From the NCBI GenBank assembly GCA_951406725.2, contig OX597825.1, positions 70,866,001 to 70,930,000 of the forward strand: a stretch of 64,000 nucleotides of DNA, read 5' to 3'. The notes under the pieces are model-generated. The model worked only from the letters and a program-made list of their open reading frames with translations, did not search any database and had not been told where the DNA came from. Shown here one piece after another: positions 40,650-53,841 of the stretch. The first letter of the stretch is position 1, and each line of letters opens with the position of its first letter. The position numbers and the translations under genes were made by a program. The stretch comes from Octopus vulgaris. Its lineage: Eukaryota.

Positions 40650-41010
40650 ACTTTTGACTTGTTTCAGTCATTAGATTGTGCCCATGCTGGAGCATCACAT
40701 TGAAGAATTTTTTCCACTGAATGAATCAACCCCAGTACTTGTTATTTTTTTAAAGCCTGGTACTTATTCTATCAGTCTCCTTTGCTGAACCACTAAGTTA
40801 TGGGGACATAAACACACCAACACTGGTTGTCAAATGGTGGTGGGCGGGACAGACATACACACACACACACAACAGGTTTCTTGCAGTTTCCATCTACCAA
40901 ATCCACTCACAAGCCTTTGTCAGTCTGAGGCTATTGTAGAAGACACTTGCCCAAGGTGCCAGACAGTGGGACTGAACCTAGAACCATGTGGTTGGAAAGC
41001 AAGTTTCTCA
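40650..41010 (-). mobile_element. SINE family A
   Basis: Family tail and head on the minus strand. Confidence 0.85.
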
Positions 41011-41140
41011 TGATGCAAGCGCCAGAAAAGTACTGCTAAATTACAAAGGAGCCTTGGTCTATATAGTTACAAAGAGGAGTGGAATCATTTAAGAGGCTAA
41101 AGTTTAATGTCCAAGGAAACATTTGAACAAATGTTAATAA

Positions 41141-41279
41141 GGCGTAGGAGTGGCTGTGTGGTATCTTGCTTACCAACCACATGTGGTATCTCGCTTACCA
41201 ACCACATGGTTCAAGGTTCAGTCCCACCAAAGCCTTGTGAGTGGATTTGGTTGTTGGAAAGAAGCCCGTCGTATATATG

Positions 41280-41310
<31 letters not shown>

Positions 41311-41527
41311 ATATGTTTGTGTGTCTGTCTTTGACCCCCCCCCCCAACATCACTTGACAACTGATGCTGGTGTGTTTACGTCCCCATACGTAGTGGTTCG
41401 GCACAAGAGAATAATAGAATAACTACTAGGCTTACAAAGAATAAGTCCCGGGGTCGATTTGCTCAATTAAAAAGGCGGTGCTCTAGCATGGCCACAGTCA
41501 AATGACTGAAACAAGTAAAAGAGTAAA
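41141..41527 (+). mobile_element. SINE family A with 25-bp tandem duplication in its head
   Basis: tgtggtatct(t/c)gcttaccaaccaca x2, family tail. Confidence 0.88.
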
Positions 41528-41544
41528 ATTAATAATGTTCCATC

Positions 41545-41996
41545 CATCTGGAACAATGGATGAGTGGTAATATGCCTCCTCATAGAAACAGGTGTTAGAG
41601 GATTTGGTGGAACTAGGGTTTATTCAGTGCTCTAAAGTCTTGGAGAAGCTATGAAGGCGAGAAAAAGTCCTGCCAGAAAATTGTCAGAAGCTGGTGCGAA
41701 AGCAAGCCATTACATCTGGCACAAGAGAGAGGGCAAGCAGTGCAGCAAGAACAAGCGCTGAGGATGGTAGGAACATCTGGCCAAGATGTTACAACATCTG
41801 ACTCAACAAAGCTCATGTTGTGTGGGTGTTTTGTCATCTATGTTGGCGGGTGGCCCCAGGCAGATCTGGTATCGTGAAGGAAGGGGCTGAAACACCCTAC
41901 AGAGCTACTTCACCAGCTGATAAGGCATCGATTCCTGTGTTCAAAGACGGAGTACAGCAGGACCCTCATCACACAGGCGATTGCCCTAAAATAAAT
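41545..41996 (+). mobile_element. Decayed 3' end of a restriction-like-endonuclease (Hero/NeSL-like) non-LTR retrotransposon
   Basis: Frame from 41552 reads NNG*VVICLLIETGVRGFGGTRVYSVL*SLGEAMKARKSPARKLSEAGAKASHYIWHKRE, matching the C-terminal pattern GW..(P)IEVGxRGF...LG...RKLSEAAEKASxWIWxKR. A 3' UTR ends at aataaa. Confidence 0.75.
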
Positions 41997-42450
41997 GTAT
42001 GGTGCTTTGAGAGAGAGGAGGAAGTGAATGAGAGAGAGAGCGTGAATGAGAGAGCATGAATGAGAGAGAGAGAGAGAGAGAGAGTGAATGAGAGAGAGAG
42101 AGAAGTACAAAGATAGCAGACTGCTGATGTTTATAAGAAGAAAAAAAAAAGGAATCTAGACAGCTGGAGATGAAGAGCAGATGCAGACAACATAGCGGAA
42201 GACAATGTCTTAAAGAACGGTTTACCTCAAAGCATGTCTGCTACCAAAATGCCAGCTGGAGGTCATTGTTGTGTGTTTCTTCACTTCTATCAAGAATTTC
42301 TCAGCTGAGACTTCAGAATCTTGTTATTGTTAATGTTATCATTGTTTTTAAACCTCAAGTCAGACCTGATCGAGTAGACCAAAGATTAAAGACAATCCAG
42401 CCATGATCATCTCTATTTTCTCTCCAGTCTTGTAAATCTAAAACTATACC

Positions 42451-42628
42451 TATTTCTTTACTACCCACAAGGGGCTAAACACAGAGAGGACAAACAAGGA
42501 CAGATAAAACGGATTAAGTCGATTACATCGACCCCAGTACGTAACTGGTACTTATTTAATCGACCCCGAAAGGATGAAAGGCAAAGTCGACCTCAGCGGA
42601 ATTTGAACTCAGAATGTAGCGACAGACT
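42451..42628 (-). mobile_element. SINE family B, 5'-truncated
   Basis: 16-bp TSD aatctaaaact(a/t)tacc at 42435-42450 and 42629-42644. Confidence 0.9.
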
Positions 42629-43145
42629 AATCTAAAACTTTACCATTGTGCAATGAGTCTGTCCCTTTTTAGGACAGTCGAGTAAGCTATAAAGAAGATT
42701 TGACTGCTATTTTTAAAAGGTTAGGTGACCACAAAGAGCAACTGACCCAGTGTCTGAAAAGCTTACTTGAACACACACACAAACACACACACACATATAA
42801 GATCCAAGGATCAAGGTGTAGGGAAAAGGTTAGCTTCAAGCAAACCATAGAAAATATAAAAAACAACTTTCAGGAAGGACAAAAGTTGTTTATTGAGGCA
42901 AAAGCTTGTGGATTTTTCTGTATATTCTCCACTCTAACCGTGCTCTCTACACATTCTGATTGAAGAATCGTTCATGTGTTGACCTGTACCTCTCTACGAT
43001 AATGTAGACTTCATTTAATCAAGATACCCTTGGCCCGAAGAATAGCTTATAGTATACACCTTGCTTGGATATTCAACACTTTCAAGGTTCTGCTCGCAAT
43101 GAAACATATGTAGCCCAGATATTATCTGCTCCATTCCTTAACTCT

Positions 43146-43197
<52 letters not shown>

Positions 43198-43712
43198 ATC
43201 CAAACATGAAAACACAACAACGCGAGGACGTGGAACAAGTATAGTATTATTGGACACTCAGGAAGGAAGGAAAGAAGGAGGGTTTAACGTTTCGAGCAGA
43301 GCTCTTCGTCGGAAACATAGGAGAAGGGAAGACAGAGGAAAAAAAAATCGCCAACGGTACACACGCGGTTACATTTTGAATATATATATAAATGTCAAAC
43401 TGTGTGAATCTACAGGCTGATTTATTCTCGGTACCACAAAACCAATCAACTGGTTGCATGGTATTGAGAACAAATCAGCTTATAAATATATATATATATA
43501 AACACATACACACACACACACGAGTAAACAAACAAAAGAAAGCAGCACTCAAAAGCATTTGACAGGAGGTTACATATATTTTCAATGACAGTCTTTACTC
43601 CTAGCAACTAATGAGAGATGGACATATACTTTACACCTATAAAAGCTCAAGTCAAAAAGAGCTGAATCAAACTGCTCTCTCTCTCTCTCCCCTATATATA
43701 TATGCATATATA

Positions 43713-43770
<58 letters not shown>

Positions 43771-43886
43771 TAGATAGATAGACAGACGGAGAGACAGACA
43801 GACAGACAGACAGACAGATAAGATAGATAGATAGATAGATAAGATAGATAGATAGATAGATAAGATAGATAGATAAGATAGATATC

Positions 43887-44300
43887 AGTACAGGTGTGGC
43901 TGTGTGGTCAAGCAGCATGCTTCCCAATCATGTGGTCTTAAGTTCAATCCCACTATGCAGCACCTTGAGCCTTCTACTATAGCCCCAAGCTGATCAAAGC
44001 CTTGTGAGTGAAAATGGTAGATTGGAAAATGGAAGAAGGCCATTGAATGTGTGTGTGTGTGTGTGTGTGTTTCTGTGTGTGTCTTTGCGCTTATATTGCT
44101 TGACCCCCATCTCTTCCTCACCACTTGACAACCGGTGTCAGTTTGTTTACAATCCCATAACTTCGCAGTTCAGCAAAAGAGAACGATAGAATAAGTACCA
44201 GGTTTTAAAATAAGTAAATTACTACAGGTGTCGATTTGTTCAACTGAACACTTCATGACGGTGCCCCAGAATGGCTGCAGTCCAACGACCGAAACAAGCA
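43887..44300 (+). mobile_element. SINE family A (diverged)
   Basis: Head and tail motifs. Confidence 0.8.
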
Positions 44301-44369
44301 GTGTGTGTGTGGTCGAGCCTTAGACCCAAAACATTAGCTTAATGTTACAATTCTGTGATTTAGTCACTA

Positions 44370-44756
44370 TCTATATAAAGCTAAAGTTGTCTGTGTATGG
44401 CATGTTTGGTAGCCTTCAACTAACACTATCTCCTCCGAGACCCTGTGGCGCAAGTTGACCAAAATTGAGAGTATGATAGAAGAAGGCTTGCTCTTCCTTC
44501 CGTAGAAGAAAAAAAATCAAATCGAACCATGTTAACACCAAAAATTATTAACATCAAAAAGGTGCTTTTTTTCTATGAAAAGCCCTATTTTTTACGATTT
44601 TTTTACTGCTGTGTTGCCATTCTTCGGTGTATTTCAACCAGAAAAATGTTCACTTAAAGAGAATAACAAGCTACATAATGCAAAATTTTTACTTTTCAAA
44701 AATTCCAATTCTAAAGGGTCGAAACAAACCCGAGCAACGCCGGGCGATACTGCGAG
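44370..44756 (+). mobile_element. Non-autonomous Helitron (same family as 29494-29876)
   Basis: A|TCTATATAAAG start, hairpin cccgagcaacgccggg, terminal CGAG|T (mutated CTAG). Confidence 0.85.
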
Positions 44757-45391
44757 TAAAATGAAAAACTTTTCAGCTTCGGTTTGCAGACCCCCACAGC
44801 ACAGATAAGGAATGCAAGTGCACCTGGCAATTCGCCACAGGTGGCCTAAGTGTGTTCACCCACCACCACATTACAAACGTTAGAGGCCAACACGAAAATA
44901 AAATAACAGAGACAAGTCTGTGACAAATACGATAGGAAGGAGTACAAAGTAGACGAAATTTTGAGTGTGTGTGTTTACGTGTGAGTGTGAAAGAGAGAGA
45001 GGGGGAAAAGAGGGAGAGCAGAGAGTGTGGCTAAAATCTTTACAGGAAGAACAGCAAGCAATAACTGCTTGAGGTCTGCACCGTGCGATAATGTTTGGAC
45101 CTAAGACAAAAGAAATAAAGATATTCTAGGAGTGGAGGGCAAAAAAAAAAATAACAGTTGGCCACTATCAACAAATACTATAGACCAGAAGAGGTGCAGC
45201 AATGATCTCAAACAACCACTTATCATAGAAAATCAACAGCTTTTTTAATTTGAGAGAGGGCGGGAGACATACATAGAATATATATAAATACATATATTCT
45301 CATAGAAAGCAATTTATTTCATTAAAACGAGAATGGCTCGTAAAATAAGAGGGTGGAGTTTTGCTTGTTGTTATTCTTGGGGAAAGGGATA

Positions 45392-45448
<57 letters not shown>

Positions 45449-45566
45449 CCAGTCAACTGCTTATTAAATAAATTGCTTGTTAAACAGCTGATAAGAATAA
45501 TGAGCTTCTCCCAGTTTTATAAATAATAGTTTTAATAATGCCATCAGACGGATAATAAAAATAGTA

Positions 45567-45775
45567 ATCCTTTCTACTATAGGTACAAGGCTTGAAATTT
45601 GTGGGGAGGGAGCTAGTCGATTAAATCAAACCCCCAGTGCTCGACTAATACCTGTTTTTATCGATCGTGAAAGTGAAAGGCAAAGTCGACCTCGGCGGAA
45701 TTTGAACTCAGAACGTTAAGAGCCAGAAGAAATGCCGCTAAGCATTTTTGTCCAACGCAGTTACGATTCTGCCAG
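45567..45775 (-). mobile_element. SINE family B
   Basis: Central domain and head on the minus strand. Confidence 0.8.
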
Positions 45776-45831
45776 TTCAGGGCACGACAAATTTTGAGGG
45801 GAAGATAGCAACAATACATAAATTAGACTAC

Positions 45832-45862
<31 letters not shown>

Positions 45863-46010
45863 AAATAATTTAATGATTTTCATTTGTCTTGCTCATTTAC
45901 GTTCTGGCGTTTGCTAAATTTTCTTGAGAACATTCCTTTCTTAGTTGTAAGACCATAGGGGGTCGACTTCTAGCATAATGGATGTCCACTTAGAGGTCAT
46001 CCCCCTTATA

Positions 46011-46116
<106 letters not shown>

Positions 46117-46168
46117 GAGAAAGATGGCATGGACAGACGATGGATGGATGGATGGATGGATAGCTAGC

Positions 46169-46260
<92 letters not shown>

Positions 46261-47062
46261 TAGATAGACAACGGAGAAATAGAGGCAACTTTAGCAACAA
46301 TTAAACTGAAATGATGATAGTTTACGCAATACGAAAGAGAAAGTGAAACCCCTTAATATCACAACCACTACCACCAACAACAACACTACCATCGCCACCA
46401 TATAATTATTATATTTTAACAAGTAGTCTGTTGTTAGCGTACGTTTGTGCATTGATTCCTTTAAATATAATATATAATTGGCTGGTTGTGGGGGGGACTA
46501 AAAACATTATTTAATACCACTGGAACTCAATCATTATTTTAGTTCTATTTTCCAGAAATTCTTCAACCGAATTAAAATTAATATTTTGAAAAAGAACGGA
46601 AAAAAAAATGAGAGAGAGAGAAAGAGAGAAATAGGAACGGAAATTAGAAGAGTATCGATTTTTCTTTTAATGAGGCAGGCCCCAGCCTCTCAGATGTAGG
46701 AAGGAGATACGAGGAATGGAAGGGGTTTGGATGTTCGTGCATTTTGAAAAGGTAATTCAGCAGAATGAATGTATAGAATTTTTTTTTTTTTGTAAGGGAA
46801 GGGGGGGGGGTTTTTTTTTTTTTTTTGCTTTTTATTTTCTGTTTTACATAAGAATATACACGTATATTTATTTATAGTTTAGCTTAGAATTAAATTATTT
46901 ACGAGATCATAAATAAATAAATAAATAAATAATAAAAATCGGTAAATAGAGACAGAGATACAGATAGACAGAGACAGAAAGAGAGAGAGAAAGACAAATA
47001 GAGATATATAGATAGATACATAGACAGAAACAGAGAGAGAGATTAGACAGACAGACAGATAA

Positions 47063-47113
<51 letters not shown>

Positions 47114-47130
47114 TAGATGATAGACAGATG

Positions 47131-47182
<52 letters not shown>

Positions 47183-47219
47183 CATACATACATACATACA
47201 TACATACATACATACATAC

Positions 47220-47291
<72 letters not shown>

Positions 47292-47319
47292 GCAGATAGA
47301 TAGACAGACAGACAGACAT

Positions 47320-47401
<82 letters not shown>

Positions 47402-48510
47402 TAGAAAGAGACAAAGAGGGAGAGATAGAAATATAGAGAGACAGACAGATGCCTGTTCCTACAAAGATTATCAATTAACCATTTGCATTTAGAAAATACA
47501 TTTATATAGAAACATTACATAAACAATGTGTGTATATATCTATGTAAGTGTGTAGATATACATACGCACACACATATAGATATATACATACATCAAACGA
47601 ACACACATATATATGTATGTATAATGAACGCGCGCATGTGTTTATAATATATATATATATATATATATATGAATATATATATATATTTATAAATGTATAG
47701 TAACAAACATATGCAGACAAACGCATAAACCTGTATATATACACACACACACAAACGTTTGTAAACAGTACAACAAAGAGAGTCTAGGAAATTTAGCAAA
47801 CGTCTACCAGGAAATAACAGACAAGCAGAATAATGACGATTTATTATCAAAAATATAAATAAAAACATTTTGTAGTAATGGCGATGGTAGTGGTGGGGGG
47901 TGACGGTGGGGGGAGGGGGGATGTCGTTAATAAGTTGGAGTAGGGGGGAGGGGGTGTCTAACAAAATATATTACTTTCAAGATATGCGCGCGCATATCTT
48001 TTACAGTATATTGTGTGTGTGTATATGTATATATATATATGCGTGTGTGTGTATATATATGTGTGTATATATATACACACACACACACACACACATATAT
48101 ACATATATATATACACACACATACACACTCATACAGATATGCATGAATGTACAGACACATGTACACAGATATACACAATGTATTCATATCTACAGTCTAT
48201 ACACACATACGTAAATACGTATACACACACACATACGTAGACATACATACACATAGACATACACACACAGACATAGATATGCATACACACACATACATAG
48301 ATATACATACACACACATACATAGATATACATACACACACAGATATACATACACATACATAAGCACATACACGCATAGATATATATACACACACAGATAT
48401 ACATACACATACACGCATAGATATATATACACACACATACATGCATAGATATATATATATATAAATATATACATACACACACACATGCATAGATATACAC
48501 ACACACACAC

Positions 48511-48555
<45 letters not shown>

Positions 48556-49608
48556 TTTGGGAATTTAATACATTTGTGCACTGTCTCCGTTACATAATCT
48601 GAGGTTTGCATCTTGTGAATATAAGTGTAAGTGTGTGTGTGTGTGTGTGTGTGTTTATATATGTAAGGCGAATAACGGGAGAAGGGAGTCAGAATCCGAT
48701 TAAGAAACACCTATCCGTGCCAATTATAGTACACGTATGTACGTGCGTAGGTGTGTGAGTGAATGAGTAAGTATATATATATATATATGTGTGTGTGTAT
48801 GAGTGTACAGGAACGTTGGCGAAAAAACAAGAGAGGGAAAGTAACGCACAGGAAAGTTATGCAATCTTGTTCCTATATTCACATAACAGACGAATAAATA
48901 ACAGAAGGATTAAAACAGTGTGAGTGTGTGTGTGGAGCTTTATATTAATTACAGCTGACTGTGATTATTGTGTTCGTTGAAAGAACATCATAACCCAGGA
49001 ACAGTTTACGAGAGAAACCTGTTGGTTTCAAGTCTTCGACAGGAGAGAAAAAGAGTTTTTCTTCTATGCGACGTATATATAAGCGCAGGGCGTGTGTGGC
49101 TGTGTGGTAAGAAGCTTGCATACCAATCACATGGTTGCGGGTTCAGTTCCCCACTGCGTGGCACCTTGGGCAAAGTGTCTTCTACTATAGCGCTGAGCTG
49201 ACCAGAGCCTTGTGAGTGGATTTGGTAGACGGAAAGTGTAATATGTGTATATGTTTGTGTGCCTGTATTTGTTCACCCCCATGTAGATACCGACGCTATC
49301 AGGGCGTGTATAAGTCTTGAAAAAATTAGAAAAATCGATTCCAGGTGAGAATGCGATCGATAAAGCCGTGGGAACGTGCATTTGTAAAATCGTTTTCCTT
49401 GGAATAGAAAAAAAAGTTTATCTTTATTTATCTTTATATTTATTTCTTCTTTTGCTGGTGTCTCAAATTTAGGTTAAATCAGTGTTTCTCAAAGGGAAGG
49501 CCTACGGGACGGTCAGACAAGTTGTTTTGAGAAAATTTGGGTTTAAATGTTTGACAACTCAGCACCGTCCAATGGATGGGAGGGGGGGCGTTTCGCTCGT
49601 ATATATGC

Positions 49609-49642
<34 letters not shown>

Positions 49643-50269
49643 AAAGGATAAGCATATTAAAAGGGGTCCGTGGGGAAACTTATTTAAATAAAAGAGCTGG
49701 GAACTACTGATGTAGAGATTGGTGAACTGCGTAAGATTTAGTTTCTACGATGGCAAAATCCGTAAGCGATGAATGAGAAAGAGCCAAGAAGAGTCGGAAT
49801 CAGAGAGGACGGTGAGTTTCGATGAGGGGTGAAGTAAGAAAGATGTCCTCAATTCCAGGAAGAGATGTGGTCGAGGATTTGTTAGCGATTTGAAGCGTTC
49901 TGAGGGAGCTGTAAAGAAAGCAGACGCATCTATATGTATATAGAAGAATGGAGCAATAAAACCTTGAAACAGAGAAAACCGCAAGTCTTTGCTTTGATAT
50001 CCAGATGAGAGAAGTGAGTAGTAGGGGGAATGGAATCTACGTACGCACAGATACCATGTTTTACAGTGAAGCTTAAGTAAAAACGTGTAGTTTTGAGAGC
50101 AGAGATTAACGGAGGTCAATTAAAGGTTAACGGATGTGTCTTAGAGGTTTCGGAAAGGAACAGGATGTATGTTTTTCGTATCAGTTGGCGCTGAGCTACG
50201 TTCGTATTTTGCAGACGTTACAGAAGTGATCGTCTGGCTCTTATTGGATCTCAGAAGCCAATGTCTTTT

Positions 50270-50462
50270 ACTCTTTTTACTCTTTTACTTGTTTCAGTCA
50301 TTTGACTGCGGCCATGCTGGAGCACCGCCTTTAGTCGAGCAAATCGACCCCGGGACTTATTCTTTGTAAGCCCAGTACTTATTCTATCGGTCTCTTTTGC
50401 CGAACCGCTAAGTGACGGGGACGTAAACACACTAGCATCGGTTGTCAAGCAATGCTAAGGGG

Positions 50463-50497
<35 letters not shown>

Positions 50498-50653
50498 CAT
50501 ACGACAGGCTTCTTTCAGTTTCCGTCTACCAAATCCACTCACAAGGCATTGGTCGGCCCGGGGCTATAGCAGAAGACACTTGCCCAAGATGCCACGCAGT
50601 GGGACTGAACCCGGAACCATGTGGTTGGTTAGCAAGTTACTTACCACACAGAC
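50270..50653 (-). mobile_element. SINE family A, young copy
   Basis: Near consensus, 9-bp direct repeat atgtctttt at 50261 and 50654. Confidence 0.92.
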
Positions 50654-51106
50654 ATGTCTTTTCCGGGGTTTTTTTTTAAGAACAGTTGAGTGTGATTTGA
50701 GGGAGATTTGGCTGCTAGTTCAAGTAGGCTGAGCGATCACATACAAATGTTAGCTGGGTACATTTGTTGTTTTTTTTTTTGTTTTTTTATCGTATCAGGA
50801 TCAAAAGCAGACTCTCTAAGAAAGATGAGAGCAACACTATTAATTTTCTCTCGATCATCGTTTATAGTCTCTATTTATAAATTTTATATAAAAATAATTA
50901 GATTATCCAACTGCTTCACTCCAAGTACTCAATACTCAATATTGGATTTCTAGGATGACTGTTCCTCCACGCATAATAGCATGAATATATATAATTCTTT
51001 TTATTCTTTTTATTTTCAGAAAAGATTATAAAATTCTTCAGACGTCAACAACATACAATTCACGTTGGTGAGAATATAGTTACGAAAGCGGATAAAGAGA
51101 TTCGGA

Positions 51107-51196
51107 GGATAGCTTTGATCCAATGGTAGAACGCCTGTCGTGTTTAGATGAGATGCGGGTTCGAGTCCCACGGGGAGCCTTCAACTTTTTCTATCC
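51107..51196 (+). ncRNA. tRNA-like Pol III unit / tRNA pseudogene
   Basis: A-box-like tgatccaatggtaga, B box GGTTCGAGTCC, T5 run at 51186-51190, complementary ggatag/ctatcc ends. No clean cloverleaf. Confidence 0.4.
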
Positions 51197-51520
51197 ATGA
51201 GGGATTTTCACACGCGCAAATAGCAAATGTATTTTTATTGGCAGTGACTTCGAGCTAGTTTGTGTAAGTCACAAACTTGGTGAGATTTCGAAGTCACTCA
51301 CATTCAAATTGTAATAGTACTCTGCAGCGTCTGCTATTTAGTCCATTGTAAAATGGTTTTCAAGAATATAAAAACACATAATAGAGAGTGTGTGTGTGTG
51401 GAAGACAGAGAGAGAAGAGAGATACTACACACATGCATACATACTTACACACACAGAATGAAACAAGTAGATACATAGACAGACAAGTACACAGAATATC
51501 AAGGATAAATGTGTACATAC

Positions 51521-51573
<53 letters not shown>

Positions 51574-52166
51574 AAGAGAGAGAGAGAGACACACACATAC
51601 GCGTACAAATCAAATTATCATGGAAAGGAGAGAAAGAGTCACAGAGAGAGACAGAGAGAGAGAAAGAAACACAGTCACAGAGAGAGAGAGAGAGAGAGAG
51701 AGGCAGAGGGGTGGAGGATGAAATATCATTCTAAACTGCTTCCCACAGGTATTTCCTCCTCGTTCACGGGGTTTTCTGTTTTTTTCCTTCCTGCCTTCCT
51801 AAATCTACCTACCAATAAATTGATTGCTGAAAAATCGGTAAAACGTGAAACTCAAACTGTCGCAATCTACACAGAATATTTCAGCTTAATTTCATAACCT
51901 ACTCTCTGAGAACACACCATTACACTGAATTCCCAATTCATAATATATATATATATATAGATACTACTAATATAGGATGAAGTTTTTTTTCTACAGAAAA
52001 AAATTCCATCAGAAAATGTGGCAGCATATTAAAATACCTTTACGGTTAAAATTATAAACAACTTATAAGTAAGAGCTAAAGAAAATTATTTCAATGCCAA
52101 TATGCTGATAACAGACTATTAAATCGTCAATTTCCACATATAATTTACTCGCCCTTACTTATAAGT

Positions 52167-52235
<69 letters not shown>

Positions 52236-52236
<1 letters not shown>

Positions 52237-52414
52237 GGAGTAAACACATAAATGTGAAACAAGGTGGAAAAAAGAGTACTCAAATACCAGTGGTAGAGTA
52301 ATATGCTTTATTTAAAGCAGCAGAAAATTCAACAAAACCTGTTACTCTGAGTTTCTCGTTGCCGTTCATCGGACAGTTTTTGCTAGCAAAAATTTTCTGT
52401 TGCTTTAAATAAAG
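52236..52414 (-). mobile_element. Penelope-like short element between (TA)n tracts, with partial inverted duplication
   Basis: Contains a hammerhead motif. ctttatttaaagcagcagaaaatt is inverted at aattttctgttgctttaaataaag. Confidence 0.65.
52339..52376 (-). ncRNA. Minimal type I hammerhead ribozyme (candidate)
   Basis: RNA: CUGU-CCGAUGA-ACG(GCAA)CGA-GAAA-CUC(A)GAG-UA-ACAG. Stem I CUGU/ACAG, near-palindromic stem III, GUA cleavage triplet. Confidence 0.7.
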
Positions 52415-52918
52415 TATATATATATATATATATATACATAGGAAAGGCATAATACGTAGACGGGGAAGCGATTCGTCAAAATGTCATGCCCCCAACCATG
52501 TTATAAAGATGAGCAACGCTTAGGGATTGAGAGGCGCGTGATTGATGATGAATAATATTATAAACCATCTTCACACACACGCACAGAGAGAGAGAGGATC
52601 CACTCCTAACCGCAACCTTTGTGGGGGGTCCTAAAGGTGGGAACTGATATTGGAGTTACCTCCCTTGTTTTTAAACCTTATCCCACTCCTCAAAGATGGT
52701 TTAATTTCAGGGGAAAAAAAAGAAAGAAAAAAATTGTCTTATTTTCCAAAAATTTCGATCCACATATTGTATTACACATTTTTGTTTATTTTAATCACAC
52801 CCATTCTTCCACTAGAGGGAATTTTTAATTCCTAACTGCATGGATAATGTCAGTTCATTTCAATTTTTTTGTTCTTTGTTCTTTTGGTTTTGTTTTGTTC
52901 CCTCATTATATTGTGTAA

Positions 52919-53240
52919 GGCGGCGAGTTGGAAGAATCGTTAGCGCGCTGGGCAAAATGCTTGGCGGCATTTTCGCCCCCGGCTACATTCTGAGTTCAAA
53001 TTCCACCGAGGTCGACTTTGCCTTTCATTCTTGGTAAATTTTTCGTGTAACACCCGCACGATTTCACTAAGAAAAAAAAAAACCTCGGAATTTTTTGGCG
53101 TGGAATCAAGTACCCTGACCTCGTAAATATGCTGCAAATTCTTTAGGGATCGATAAATTAAGTACCAATGAAACACTGGGGTCGATGTAATCGAACAGTC
53201 TCCCCCCACCAAATTTCAGGCCTTGTGCATTTCGTAGTAA
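52919..53240 (+). mobile_element. SINE family B with ~110-bp insert (53031-53143)
   Basis: Head ggcggcgagttggaagaatcgttagc. The central domain is interrupted after gcctttcattctt. Confidence 0.8.
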
Positions 53241-53841
53241 GGATTGTATTGTGTATGTTTCAGCGCTCTTCTCCACGTTCTGAGCTCAAATATAGCCGAG
53301 GGTAACTTTGCCTTTTATCCTCTCACGTTGAAAAGGTCGATCAAATAAGGATCAGTTCAGCTGCGCACTGGGGCCCATGTAATCGACTAGCCCCTACTCT
53401 CACCACCCCCCATCCAAATTCCAGGCCTTATGCCTATAATACAAAGGATTATATATGTTAGATTTTGATAATTCAGGAATTCTACTACGTGTATCAAGTA
53501 TCCATTTTGATGTTCGCACATCCACAGAGGCCATACTGGGGCACCACTTTCAAATTTTTATTATCATTTTTTTTAAATCGATCATATCGATTACCCAGTC
53601 TGCTATTTATTTTATCGATCTCTATTTGCGTAAACTACTCGGTTACCGGATGTAAAGAGACAACATAAACAAAACCCGGACATAATACAGATGTTCTGTG
53701 TATGGCTGTCTCTTCTATTTTTTAATTATTATAAATCTTCCACTGAGGACGGAGCCGGTTTCCAACAAAGATGGATGGATGTATGTATGCCTGCCTGTGT
53801 ATGTATGTGTGTGTATGTACAGACAGACAGAGCATTAATAT

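Noticed and set aside
49740-50260. Possible decayed LINE endonuclease region (SRGNGIYVR) and the 124-aa minus-strand ORF
   Set aside because: Only one vague motif, multiple stops, cannot be supported without a search
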